Positions 41,146 to 51,100 of a stretch of DNA of 64,000 nt are shown here, piece by piece. Both the position numbers and the translations under genes were made by a program. Position 1 is the stretch's first letter. Each line of letters begins with the position of its first letter. The stretch spans positions 462,498-526,497 of the forward strand of contig CAWJPR010000018.1 in NCBI GenBank assembly GCA_963844815.1, read 5' to 3'. This DNA comes from an uncultured Chloroflexia bacterium (GTDB lineage: Bacteria; Chloroflexota; Anaerolineae; Fen-1058). Below the pieces are notes generated by a model. The model was not told the origin of the DNA. It saw nothing but the letters and a program-made list of their open reading frames with translations, and ran no database searches.

Positions 41146-41949
41146 TTACCTGGCGGCTACAACGGCAATCTCCACCTGCGCGCGATCGCCGCGCTGCTTG
41201 GCGACGCCATGCTCCACGGGCCGGCCTTCCACGTCATACATGGTGCTGTGAATGACTAACAGGGGCATGCTGGCTTTGACGTGCAGCAGCCGGGCCTCTT
41301 CCGGCGAACAGGGAGCCGCCTCGGCCAGGCGCACGCCATGATCGAGCCGGATGCCGTATTTGGATTGCATCAGCGCGTAGAGCGAAGCCGTGGTCAGATC
41401 TTCGCGCTCCAGTCCCGGAAACAACTGGGCCGGCAAATAGTTCGTGGCGATGTCAAACGGCTTATCGTCGACGTAGCGCAACCGCACGAATTTCACGACC
41501 GGGGCGCCCAGGTTCAGGCCCAACTCAGCAGCGACACGTTGATCCGCCGGCGCCAGGGCCTGTTCCAGCACGCGGATTTTGACCCCCAGGCCGCGCCGCG
41601 CCATATCGGCGTGAAAGCCAGCCGTCTCCTGCGCCCACTGCACGCGGAATTTGTGCGGCGAAACAAACGTCCCTTTGCCCTGCACCGTGTACAGCAGGCC
41701 CTGATGGACCAAATCGTTCAGCGCTTTGCGCACCGTGATGCGGCTGACCTCGTGCGCCTGGCACAATTCGTTCTCAGACGGGATCGGCTGGCCGCTCTGC
41801 AGCAGGTCAATCTGCTCACGCAAGGTTTCACGCAGCTGATAATACTTCGGCAGTGGAGCGGCTTTCCCGCCGGGTTGACTCTTGGGCAGGCGCGTTGTCG
41901 TATTCACGCTGGAGATTTCCCGGAGTCTGAAGTGAGTACAACTCGTCAT
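41146..41949 (-). CDS. GntR/HutC-family transcriptional regulator (winged HTH + UTRA effector domain)
   Basis: LPKYYQLRETLREQI...SENELCQAHEVSRITVRKALNDLVHQGLLYTVQGKGTFV. Confidence 0.8.
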   Translation of the reverse strand: MTSCTHFRLREISSVNTTTRLPKSQPGGKAAPLPKYYQLRETLREQIDLLQSGQPIPSENELCQAHEVSRITVRKALNDLVHQGLLYTVQGKGTFVSPHKFRVQWAQETAGFHADMARRGLGVKIRVLEQALAPADQRVAAELGLNLGAPVVKFVRLRYVDDKPFDIATNYLPAQLFPGLEREDLTTASLYALMQSKYGIRLDHGVRLAEAAPCSPEEARLLHVKASMPLLVIHSTMYDVEGRPVEHGVAKQRGDRAQVEIAVVAAR

Positions 41950-42181
41950 GTTGTCATTACAAGCCAAGTGCATTATACTATAATTTATCAACCCGGACGC
42001 CCGCAAAAAAGCGGCGTAACTCCCACAAAAACGCGCGGTGGCGGCCAACTTACGAACATTTCACTATAACTTACGAAAATTCGTGAAGTAAGTCATGTGA
42101 CTGATTACACATTGATCACATGACAAGCGTACCGAAATTGTGTTACGCTGGAAGCCAGCCCACCGGGGTCGATGGCGCTGC

Positions 42182-43438
42182 ATGCCTAGAACTGCTGCCA
42201 AACCGATCGCTCCAACGCTCCCCACTGCCCCGCTGATTGTGTCAACGCACGCGGCGCAGATCATCGCGGCGCTGCGCAAGCGCGAAGCGATCTCGCGCAC
42301 CGATCTGGCGCGCCTGACGGGCTGGTCGCGCCCGAAAGTCACGGCCGAGGTGGGCAAGCTGGCGAAGCGCAACCTCCTGGTCGAAAGCGGTGAAGGCGCC
42401 TCGCAGGGTGGGCGGCGGCCGCGCTTGCTGAAGTTCAACTATGAATTAGGCTATATCGTCGGCGTAGACATCGGCGCAACGAGCATGGATATCGCGGTCG
42501 CCGATCTCAACGCGCAGGTTCTGCAGCGCGACAGCGGTCCGGCTGATGTGCGCGACGAGCCGCTCGAGCTGCTGGGCGAAGCAAAACGGCGCGCGCTGGC
42601 CCTGCTGGCCAGACGTGACATTCGACCCGAACAAGTTCTGGGCGTGGGCGTGGGCGTGCCCGGTCCGGTGGACTTCATCAAAGGGGTATTAGTTGCGCCG
42701 CCGTTGATGCCCGCCTGGGAAGGCTTTTCCATTCGCAGCTATTTTCACCCGATCTTTCCTTCGGCGTTCATCGCCGTCGACAATGACGTCAACATCATGG
42801 CGCTGGGTGAATTGAAGGGCGGCGCCGGAATGGGCCAGGATGATTTCATCTTCGTCAAGATCGGCACGGGCATCGGCGCGGGCATCGTGTGCCACGGCGT
42901 CATTCATCGCGGCCACACCGGCAGCGCGGGAGATATCGGGCACATTTGCGCCGATCACCAGGGCCCGATCTGCCGCTGCGGCAACGTCGGCTGCCTGGAA
43001 GCGATGGCCGCCGGGCCGGCGATTGCCGATCGGGCACTGGCCGCCGCGCAGAATGGCGCGAGCCCGATCCTGGCGCACAAGCTCGCCGCGAGCCAGGGCG
43101 TGCTGCGCGCCGAGGATGTGGCCGCGGCCGTTCGCGAGGGCGATCACGCCGCCATCGAAATCGTGCAGCGCAGCGGGCAGCTCATCGGCGATGTGTTGGC
43201 CGGGCTGGTGAACTTCTTCAATCCCAGCCTGATTCTGGTGGGCGGCGGCGTCGCCAACATTGGCAACCAGCTGTTGGCGTCGATCCGCCAGGCCGTGCTG
43301 CGCCGCTCGACGGCGCTGGCGACGCGCGAATTGATCGTGAGCTATTCGCCGATGGGCGGCGAAGCGGGCATGACCGGCGCGATTCATCTGGCCCTAGAGC
43401 ACTTGTTTGTCGTGCAGGATAAACCTTCAGGAGTGTGA
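42182..43438 (+). CDS. ROK-family transcriptional repressor (NagC/XylR-like; N-terminal HTH + ROK sugar-binding domain)
   Basis: ISRTDLARLTGWSRPKVTAEVGKL HTH; ROK Zn motif CRCGNVGCLEAMA. Confidence 0.85.
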   Translation: MPRTAAKPIAPTLPTAPLIVSTHAAQIIAALRKREAISRTDLARLTGWSRPKVTAEVGKLAKRNLLVESGEGASQGGRRPRLLKFNYELGYIVGVDIGATSMDIAVADLNAQVLQRDSGPADVRDEPLELLGEAKRRALALLARRDIRPEQVLGVGVGVPGPVDFIKGVLVAPPLMPAWEGFSIRSYFHPIFPSAFIAVDNDVNIMALGELKGGAGMGQDDFIFVKIGTGIGAGIVCHGVIHRGHTGSAGDIGHICADHQGPICRCGNVGCLEAMAAGPAIADRALAAAQNGASPILAHKLAASQGVLRAEDVAAAVREGDHAAIEIVQRSGQLIGDVLAGLVNFFNPSLILVGGGVANIGNQLLASIRQAVLRRSTALATRELIVSYSPMGGEAGMTGAIHLALEHLFVVQDKPSGV

Positions 43439-43439
43439 C

Positions 43440-44147
43440 ATGCCACAAACCCCGACCTTGAACAGCAGAACCATTACCTACGAGCAGCTCGCCAAAACGA
43501 TCGATCACTCGCTGCTGCGGCCCGAACTCACCGAAGCCGACGTCGTCGCCGGCTGTGACTTGGCCGCGCAGTATCACGTGGCCTCGGTGTGCGTGAAGCC
43601 CTGCCACGTCAAGCTGGCCAAGAAACTGCTGGCCGGTTCCGACGTCGCCGTGGGCACCGTCGTCGGATTTCCGCACGGCAACTCGACGATGGCGACCAAG
43701 GTGTTTGAAACGCAGGAAGCCGTGGCCGCCGGCGCCACCGAAATTGACATGGTCATCAACATCGGCGAGCTGCAATCGGGCCACGCGGACTATGTCCGCA
43801 ATGAGATCCGCGCCGTGGTCAATGCCGCGCACCCGCAGGCGATCGTGAAAGTGATTCTGGAGAACGCTTACCTCACGCACGCCGAGAAAGTGCTGGGCTG
43901 CCAGTTGGTGGAGGAAGCCGGCGCGGATTTCGTGAAGACCTCGACCGGCTTTGCGCCGACCGGCGCAACGGTGGAAGACATCACCTTGATGCGGGCGTCC
44001 GTGGGGCCGCAGGTGCAGGTCAAGGCCGCGCACGGCGTGCGCACGCTCGATCAACTGCTGGCCATGATCGATGCCGGCGCCACCCGCTCGGGCGCCACGG
44101 CGACGGCGACGATTCTCGACGAATTCAAGCAACGCCACGGAGGATAA
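43440..44147 (+). CDS. deoC: deoxyribose-phosphate aldolase
   Basis: [15 protein letters not shown]...VCVKP...VKTSTGF, the catalytic Lys region of DeoC. Confidence 0.85.
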   Translation: MPQTPTLNSRTITYEQLAKTIDHSLLRPELTEADVVAGCDLAAQYHVASVCVKPCHVKLAKKLLAGSDVAVGTVVGFPHGNSTMATKVFETQEAVAAGATEIDMVINIGELQSGHADYVRNEIRAVVNAAHPQAIVKVILENAYLTHAEKVLGCQLVEEAGADFVKTSTGFAPTGATVEDITLMRASVGPQVQVKAAHGVRTLDQLLAMIDAGATRSGATATATILDEFKQRHGG

Positions 44148-44148
44148 C

Positions 44149-45306
44149 ATGCCAGATTTGAAAGTAGGCGTGATCGGCACAGGGTTCATCGGGCCAGTGC
44201 ATGTGGAAGCGCTGCGGCGTCTGGGGATCGAGGTGGCGGCGGTGGCCGGACCGCGCGCCGACGGCGTGGCCGAAAAAGCCCGGGCCCTGCGCATTCAGAA
44301 GTACTACGAGACAGCCGAAGCGTTGATCGCCGATCCGGCGATCGACGTCGTGCACATCACCTCGCCCAATCACGCGCATTACCCGCAGGCTAAGGCAGCG
44401 CTGCTGGCGGGCAAGCATGTGGTGTGCGAGAAGCCGCTGGCGATGAACTCGGCCGAATCGAGCGAGCTGGTGAAGTTGGCCAAGGACGCGCAGCGGGTTA
44501 ACGCCGTTAACTTCAACATTCGCTTCTATCCGTTGTCGCATCAGGCGCGGCAGTTGGTGCAGAGCGGCGAGATCGGCGAAGTGTACATCGTGCAGGGATC
44601 GTATCTGCAGGACTGGCTGCTGCTGCCCACCGACTGGAACTGGCGGCTGGAACCGCAGTTCAGCGGCGAAATGCGCGCCGTGGCCGACATCGGATCGCAT
44701 TGGCTCGATCTGACGACGTTTATCACCGGTCTGCAAATCGAAGCCGTGTGCGCCGATTTTGCGACGTTCTTGAAGACGCGCCGGAAGCCGGCGCAGCCGG
44801 TGGAAACCTTCACGGGCAAACTGCAGACCGCCGCGGAATACGTGGAGCAGCCCATCAACACCGAGGACTATGCCACCGTGATGCTGCGTTATAACAACGG
44901 CGCGCGCGGCGTGATGACGGTCGCGCAGGTCTGCGCCGGGCGCAAGAATCGCTTAAGCTACGAAATCGACGGCGCGCGCGCGGCCCTCGTCTGGGACGGC
45001 GAGCGGCCCAACGAGCTGTGGATCAACCATCGGGAACGGCCCAACGAACTGCTGTTGAAGGATCCCGCGCTGCTGGCGCCCGAAGCGCGGCAGTTCGCGT
45101 CCTATCCCGGCGGGCACAACGAGGGCTTTCCCGATACGTTCAAGCAGCTGTATCATGCCATCTATCGCTACATTGAAGCGGGCGACTTCAGCGCCCGGCC
45201 CGACTTCCCGACCTTTGAAGATGGTCAGCGCGCCCTGCGGGTGGGTGAGGCGATCTTCCGCAGCGCGAAAGAGGGACGCTGGGTAAATATGAGCGAAATC
45301 GGCTAG
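44149..45306 (+). CDS. Gfo/Idh/MocA-family oxidoreductase
   Basis: [22 protein letters not shown]; VCEKPLAM motif. Confidence 0.85.
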   Translation: MPDLKVGVIGTGFIGPVHVEALRRLGIEVAAVAGPRADGVAEKARALRIQKYYETAEALIADPAIDVVHITSPNHAHYPQAKAALLAGKHVVCEKPLAMNSAESSELVKLAKDAQRVNAVNFNIRFYPLSHQARQLVQSGEIGEVYIVQGSYLQDWLLLPTDWNWRLEPQFSGEMRAVADIGSHWLDLTTFITGLQIEAVCADFATFLKTRRKPAQPVETFTGKLQTAAEYVEQPINTEDYATVMLRYNNGARGVMTVAQVCAGRKNRLSYEIDGARAALVWDGERPNELWINHRERPNELLLKDPALLAPEARQFASYPGGHNEGFPDTFKQLYHAIYRYIEAGDFSARPDFPTFEDGQRALRVGEAIFRSAKEGRWVNMSEIG

Positions 45307-45318
45307 TAATGAACAAGC

Positions 45319-45360
45319 AATGAGTAACGAGTAATTCACTTGTTACTCATTACTCGTTAC
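45319..45360. repeat. family-B repeat: GAGTAACGAGTAAT and inverted TTACTCATTACTCGTTAC, forming a hairpin downstream of a TAG-TAA-TGA triple stop
   Basis: read directly; 17 nt upstream of the isomerase start. Confidence 0.65.
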
Positions 45361-45376
45361 GCATTAGGAGGGAATC

Positions 45377-46291
45377 ATGAAACTCGGATTGATGAGCGCA
45401 GCTTTCCCGAACATGTCGCTGGAAAATCTCGCCAGGTGGGCGGCCGGCAATGGGTTTGAGATGCTGGAACTGGCCTGCTGGCCGGTCGGCAAAGCCGATC
45501 GGAGGTACGCGGGGGTTACGCACGTCGACGTGGCTACCCTGACACCCGCCCAGGCCAGGAAGATTCAGGGCCTGATCAAGAAGAACGGCCTGGAAATCTC
45601 TTCGTTAGGCTATTACCCCAATCCGCTCCATCCCGATCTGCAGCACCGCAAAGGCGTGATCGAGCATCTCAAGAAAGTCATCACGGCCGCGGAACTGCTC
45701 AACGTCCCGGTGGTGGGCACGTTCGTCGGGCGCGACAAGGACAAGACGCTGGAAGAGAATCTGGACGAATACGCCAGGGTGTGGCCCGCGATTGTGAAGT
45801 TTGCCAACGACCACGGCGTGAAGATTGCGATCGAGAACTGCCCGATGATCTTCTCCAACGACGAATGGCCCGGCGGCAACAACCTGGCGATCTCGCCCTA
45901 CGTGTGGCGCAAGATGTGGGAGATCATTCCCGATCCGAACTTCGGCCTTAATCTCGATCCGTCGCACCTGATCTGGCAAATGATCGATGTGGTGCGCGTG
46001 GTGTACGAGTTCGGCCCGCGCATCTTCCACGTGCACGCCAAGGACCTGCGTATCGATCGGGAGCAGCTGTATCAGCGCGGCGTGATGTCGCTGGGCATGG
46101 GCTGGCAAATTCCGCGCCTGCCCGGCCTGGGCGATGTGAATTGGGCGCAGTTCATCAGCGCTTTGTACGGTGCGGGCTACGACTACGCGATCAGCATCGA
46201 GCACGAAGATCGCGCCTTTGAGAAGACTGAGGAGTTGATCAAGCGCGGCTTCCTGATCTCGCGCGACGCATTAAGGCCGTACATTCATTAA
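45377..46291 (+). CDS. sugar phosphate isomerase/epimerase (xylose-isomerase-like TIM barrel)
   Basis: 304 aa; IAIENCP and ISIEHEDRAFE motifs. Confidence 0.8.
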   Translation: MKLGLMSAAFPNMSLENLARWAAGNGFEMLELACWPVGKADRRYAGVTHVDVATLTPAQARKIQGLIKKNGLEISSLGYYPNPLHPDLQHRKGVIEHLKKVITAAELLNVPVVGTFVGRDKDKTLEENLDEYARVWPAIVKFANDHGVKIAIENCPMIFSNDEWPGGNNLAISPYVWRKMWEIIPDPNFGLNLDPSHLIWQMIDVVRVVYEFGPRIFHVHAKDLRIDREQLYQRGVMSLGMGWQIPRLPGLGDVNWAQFISALYGAGYDYAISIEHEDRAFEKTEELIKRGFLISRDALRPYIH

Positions 46292-46297
46292 ACCACC

Positions 46298-46383
46298 GTC
46301 ATTGCGAGCCGCGCAGCAGCGAAGCAATCTCCCGCGCAAGTCATGAGATTGCGTCGTCGGCCTGTGGCCTCCTCGCAATGACT
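46298..46383. repeat. REP/MITE-like palindrome, family A (GTCATTGCGAGCCGCGCAGCAGCGAAGCAATCTC ... GAGATTGCGTCGTCGGCCTGTGGCCTCCTCGCAATGAC)
   Basis: intercistronic between the isomerase and glucokinase genes. Confidence 0.75.
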
Positions 46384-46396
46384 CCCACATAACCCC

Positions 46397-47371
46397 ATGA
46401 GCAAAGTCATCGGCGTCGATCTGGGCGGAACCAATCTGCGAGCGGCGGTGATCAACACCGACACCGGCGCGTTCGAGCACCTGACCTCGGTGCCCACCCT
46501 GGCACGCGAAGGCCACGCGGCGGTCATGGACCACATGGCGCGCTTGATCGAGCAGGTCATCGCCGACAGCGGCTTGAGAAAATCCGATATCGGCGGCGTG
46601 GGCATCGGCGTGCCGGGGGTGCTCGATCTGGAGCACGGCCTCACCGTCTTTCTGCCCAACCTCCCCGGCACGTGGCCCAACGTTCCGCTGCGGGACACGA
46701 TCGCCGATCGGGTGCAGCTGCCCGCGTTCCTGATCAACGATGCGCGCGCCATGACGCTGGGTGAATATTCCTTTGGCGCAGGGCGCGGCGTCGATACGAT
46801 CGCGTGTCTGGGCATCGGCACCGGCATCGGCGGCGGACTGGTGATCAATGGCCGCCTGCATCTCAACCTCGGCGGCACCTCGGCAGAATTAGGCCACACC
46901 GTCATCGATATGAACGGCCCGCTGTGCGGCTGCGGCACGCGCGGCTGTCTGGAAGCGTATGCCTCGGGCCCGGCCATCACCGCGCTGGGCCTGAAGGCCG
47001 TGGTGCAAGGCGCCACGACGCGCATTGGCGAGATGGTGGACTACGATCTCAATCGCATCACGCCGCAAGTGATCTTCGAAGCGGCTCGCGCGGGCGATGC
47101 GATTGCGAAAGACATCTATGAGCAGGCCGGGTTCTACATCGGCGTGGCCGTATCCAACATCATCATTGCCGTCGGGCCGCAGCGCGTCGTCATCGGCGGG
47201 GGTGTCTCGCAAGCAGGCGATTTGCTGCTGGATCCGATCCGGCGCACGGTGGCGGAGCGCGTCAACGTCACTTCGATCGAAAAGGTGCAGATCGTGCGCG
47301 CTGAGCTTGGCCCTAACGCGGGACTGATCGGCGCGGGAGTGTGGGTCAGAGATCAAAATCAGGTGGGATAG
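46397..47371 (+). CDS. ROK-family glucokinase
   Basis: [18 protein letters not shown]; Zn motif [15 protein letters not shown]. Confidence 0.85.
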   Translation: MSKVIGVDLGGTNLRAAVINTDTGAFEHLTSVPTLAREGHAAVMDHMARLIEQVIADSGLRKSDIGGVGIGVPGVLDLEHGLTVFLPNLPGTWPNVPLRDTIADRVQLPAFLINDARAMTLGEYSFGAGRGVDTIACLGIGTGIGGGLVINGRLHLNLGGTSAELGHTVIDMNGPLCGCGTRGCLEAYASGPAITALGLKAVVQGATTRIGEMVDYDLNRITPQVIFEAARAGDAIAKDIYEQAGFYIGVAVSNIIIAVGPQRVVIGGGVSQAGDLLLDPIRRTVAERVNVTSIEKVQIVRAELGPNAGLIGAGVWVRDQNQVG

Positions 47372-47468
47372 TTGTTTTGCAGAGGTAGATCAAGCGATCG
47401 ACTATTAAATAGCCGATCGTTTTGTTTATTCTCGCCTGCTAGCGGAATTTGTGAAAAAAATCCCATTG

Positions 47469-47498
47469 TTGACGAATGATTGACATCTCCCATATAAT
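47469..47498 (+). promoter_or_regulatory. sigma-70-like promoter (-35 TTGACG, 18-nt spacer, -10 TATAAT) in an AT-rich spacer upstream of the hdr locus
   Basis: ttgacg-aatgattgacatctccca-tataat read directly from sequence. Confidence 0.45.
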
Positions 47499-47541
47499 AG
47501 AAATAGCCGCAGGGGGGAAGAAGCAGTCGCGCTAAGGTCTG

Positions 47542-48090
47542 GTGGTGGGGAGCGCGATGGCCATCTTCCGAAATGGGCAGACACGCAGTAAAGCTGAGGT
47601 TGCCGCCACGATCGCTGGCGGCGGCATTAGTTTGGTGTGGCCTGCTTTCGACCCTGCGGACGCCGGGCTCAAGATTTTCCTCGTCGAACATTCCCCCTGC
47701 CCCGGCCAACACGTTACCCAACTCGGATCCATGTTTTTGCCGCGCCGCGGCGCTTCCGGTCACGGACACGGTTGCACGCGGCCGTTCATTTCTCCTGCGC
47801 ACATTCATCACAACCAACATTCCAACGTCGAGGTCCTCACCAACGCGCGCGTGATCGGCGTCGAAGGTCAGGCCGGTGATTTCACCCTAGCGCTGCATCC
47901 GGAACCGCACGATGCAGATGTCGAACGCTGCCTCGTGCACGGATGCACGCCGCCCGGCGAACGGGAAAGGTTCTTGACCAGATCGACAGCGGCGGCGAAC
48001 GGCTGGTTCGCGAAAGACGCGCAGCATAGGCAGCAATTGAGGGAATGCTGCACTTCATTAACAATATTACTCGTCACTCATTACTCGTGA
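47542..48090 (+). pseudogene. decayed partial paralog of the HdrA/HdrL N-terminal region (FAD-binding + first Fe-S motif), cysteine ligands lost
   Basis: AATIAGGGISLVWPAFDPADAGLKIFLVE..GQHVTQLGSMFLP and SNVEVLTNARVIGVEGQAGDFTLAL parallel GAVMVVGGGIAGMQSALDLADQGFKVYLVE..GGHMAQLDKTFPT and PNITLMTDSEVLDVQGQVGDFNVRV of the downstream gene. Confidence 0.5.
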
Positions 48091-48091
48091 C
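48066..48091. repeat. family-B repeat: two tandem ATTACTCGTSAC units immediately upstream of hdrL copy 1
   Basis: attactcgtcactcattactcgtgac. Confidence 0.65.
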
Positions 48092-48106
48092 CCATACTAA
48101 ACCAAT

Positions 48107-51100
48107 ATGACTCAAACCAACGAACCTGCAACGAATAAGCAACCCATCGGGGCCGTCATGGTCGTCGGCGGCGGCATCGCCGGGATGCAGTCCGCGCTCG
48201 ATCTGGCCGATCAGGGCTTCAAGGTGTATCTCGTCGAAGCTCAATCGGCCATCGGTGGACACATGGCGCAGCTCGACAAGACCTTCCCCACCAACGACTG
48301 CGCCATGTGCACCATTTCGCCGCGCCTGGTCGAGACGGGCCGGCATCCCAACATCACCTTGATGACCGACAGCGAAGTCCTCGACGTGCAGGGCCAGGTC
48401 GGCGATTTCAACGTGCGCGTGCGACATCATCCGCGCTACATCGATCTTGAAAAGTGCGTCGGCTGTGGCGATTGCGCCAAGGTCTGCCCCATTCTCATTC
48501 CCGACACGTTCAACGAGGGATTGGCGAAACGCCGCGCGGCCTACAAGTTGTATCCGCAGGCCGTGCCCAACGCTTACGCCATCGCCAAGCGCGGCATTGC
48601 CCCGTGCCGGGATGCCTGCCCCGCCGGCCAACGCGCGCAGGGTTATATCGCGCTGATCCGTGAAGGCCGCTGGAATGACGCGCTGCGCGTGATCAAGATG
48701 GACAATCCGTTCCCCGGCATCTGCGGGCGGATTTGCAATCATCGCTGCGAGACGGCTTGCAATCGCGGACAAGTTGACGAGCCGATCAATATCCGCGCGC
48801 TCAAGCGCTTCGTGACCGATAAAGTCTACGCGGAGCCACGCCAATCGGTGGAGCCGCTGCCCCGGAAGTTCGACCAGCGCGTCGCCATTATCGGCGCAGG
48901 GCCGTGCGGCTTGACGGCGGCGCAGGACCTGGTGCGGGCGGGCTTTGGCGTCACCGTCTTCGAAGCGATGCCGGTGGCGGGCGGCATGCTGCGCCTCGGC
49001 GTGCCGGAATACCGCCTGCCGACGGCCATCATCGAGCGTGAAGTGCAGGACATCGTCGATCTCGGCGTCGATCTGCAACTGAATCATCGCATCGACAATC
49101 TCGACGACATCTTCAGCGCAGGCTTCGATTCGGTGCTGATCGCCGTCGGCGCGCACGAGGGCATTCGCCTGCCCATCCCCGGCGCGAACCTCGACGGCGT
49201 GATCATCAATACGCATTTCTTGAGAGATGTGAGATTGGGCAAGTACACTGGTAACTTGGCAGATAGTAAATTGGCAGATGGTAAATTGGGCAATTCGCCC
49301 ATTACCAATTTACCAATCACCAATCTACCAACCGCCTTAGGCAAAAACGTGCTCGTCCTCGGCGGCGGCAATGTGGCCATCGACTGCGCGCGCAGCGCGG
49401 TGCGCCTGGGCCGCCATGTCGAGATGGCGTGCCTCGAAAGCGGCGACAAGGTTCCGGCGCATGCGTGGGAAGTGCAGGCCGCGCAGGAAGAAGGCATCGT
49501 CCTGCATGAGGGCCGTACCTTTGAGCGAGTTCTGAGCGACGATAACGGGCACGTGCGCGGCGTCGAGTGTATGCGCGTCGCCTCGTTCCATTTCGACGAG
49601 ATGGGACGCTTGAACGTCGAGAAAGTGCCGAACTCAACGCACGTGATCGAATGCGATACCGTGATCTTCTCGGTGGGCCAGCGCGCCGGTCTCGCCTTCA
49701 TTCCCGATGATGCCGGTGTGGGCTTGACGGGCCGCAAGCTGATCGCGGTGAATCCCAACACGCTGGCCGCAACGCGCGAAGGCGTATTCGCTGCGGGCGA
49801 TAGTGTCTCGGGCACGGCGTTTGTGATCGAGGCGGTGAACAGCGGCCACACCGCGGCCCGATCGATCATCCGCTATTTGCAGGGCGAGCATCTCGAGCCG
49901 CCGCATCGACCCGATCTGCCGGTCGTGAAGTCTGACGCGCGATGAGATCAACACGCGCATGGCGCGCGGCGAGATCAGCCGCCAGCCGCGCGTCCCCCTG
50001 CCCGAAGTGCCGGTCGCGCAGCGCATCGACAACTTCATCGAGGTCGAAGGCGGCTACGACGATCAATCAGCGCAGCTGGAAGCCGCTCGCTGCCTGGCCT
50101 GCGGCATCTGCTCGGAGTGCATGAGCTGCACGTTTGCGTGCGGCGTCAACGCGATCGATCACAACATGGTCGCGCGCGACGAAAGCGTGCGCGTGGGAGC
50201 CGTCGTGCTCGCGCCCGGTTATCAAGCCTATCGCGCCGAATTGTCCGAAGAATACGGTCTGGGCCGCTACCCGAACGTCGTCACGTCGCTGCAATTCGAG
50301 CGCCTGCTGTCGGCATCGGGACCAACGTTAGGGCACGTGCAGCGCCCATCGGATGCCAGGGGCGCGCAGAAGATCGCGTTTCTGCAATGCGTGGGCAGCC
50401 GCGACCCAGCGCACGATTACTGCTCGTCGGTGTGCTGCATGTACGCGGCCAAGCAAGCGATCATGGCCGTGGAGCACGCCAAGGCGGAAACGCTTCGCGA
50501 CGACGGCCCGCTGCACTGCCAGGTGTTCTTCATGGACACGCGCGCTTACAGTAAGGGTTACGAAGAATACTATCGGCGGGCGGAGAAGAAATACGGCGTG
50601 CAGTACACGCGCTGCCGCATCAGCGATTTGCGCGAGGACCCCGCCACGCACGATTTGATCCTGCGCTACTTCGACGAACAAGGCCAACTGCAGCGCGAGC
50701 GCTTCGATCTTGTCACGCTGTCGATCGGCATGGAGATTTCGCCCAAGGTGCGCGAGTTGGGGCTGCGGCTGGGCATCGAACTGGATGAGTACGGCTTCTG
50801 CCACACGGTGCAGTTCAATCCGCTCGAGACGAGCCGCGCGGGCATCTATGCCGTCGGGCCGTTCCGCGAGCCGAAGGACATCCCCGAATCGATCGTGGAA
50901 GCGAGCGGCGCGGCAGCCGCCGTTGCGGCGCGCCTTGGCGAGGCGCGCTTCACCTTGACGACGCGCAAAGAGTTTCCACCCGAACGTGATATCACGCAGG
51001 AAGAGCCGCGCGTGGGCGTGTTCGTGTGTCACTGCGGATCGAACATCGGCGGCTTCCTCGATGTGCCCGATGTGTCGGCGTATGCGAAGACCCTGCCGAA

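Noticed and set aside
49926-49961. Possibility that the hdrL ORF1/ORF2 break is a programmed frameshift or a conserved gene boundary
   Set aside because: The slip positions differ between the two paralogs (49930 versus 57217, about 16 codons apart) and residues align through each junction in the other copy; simple independent indels fit better.
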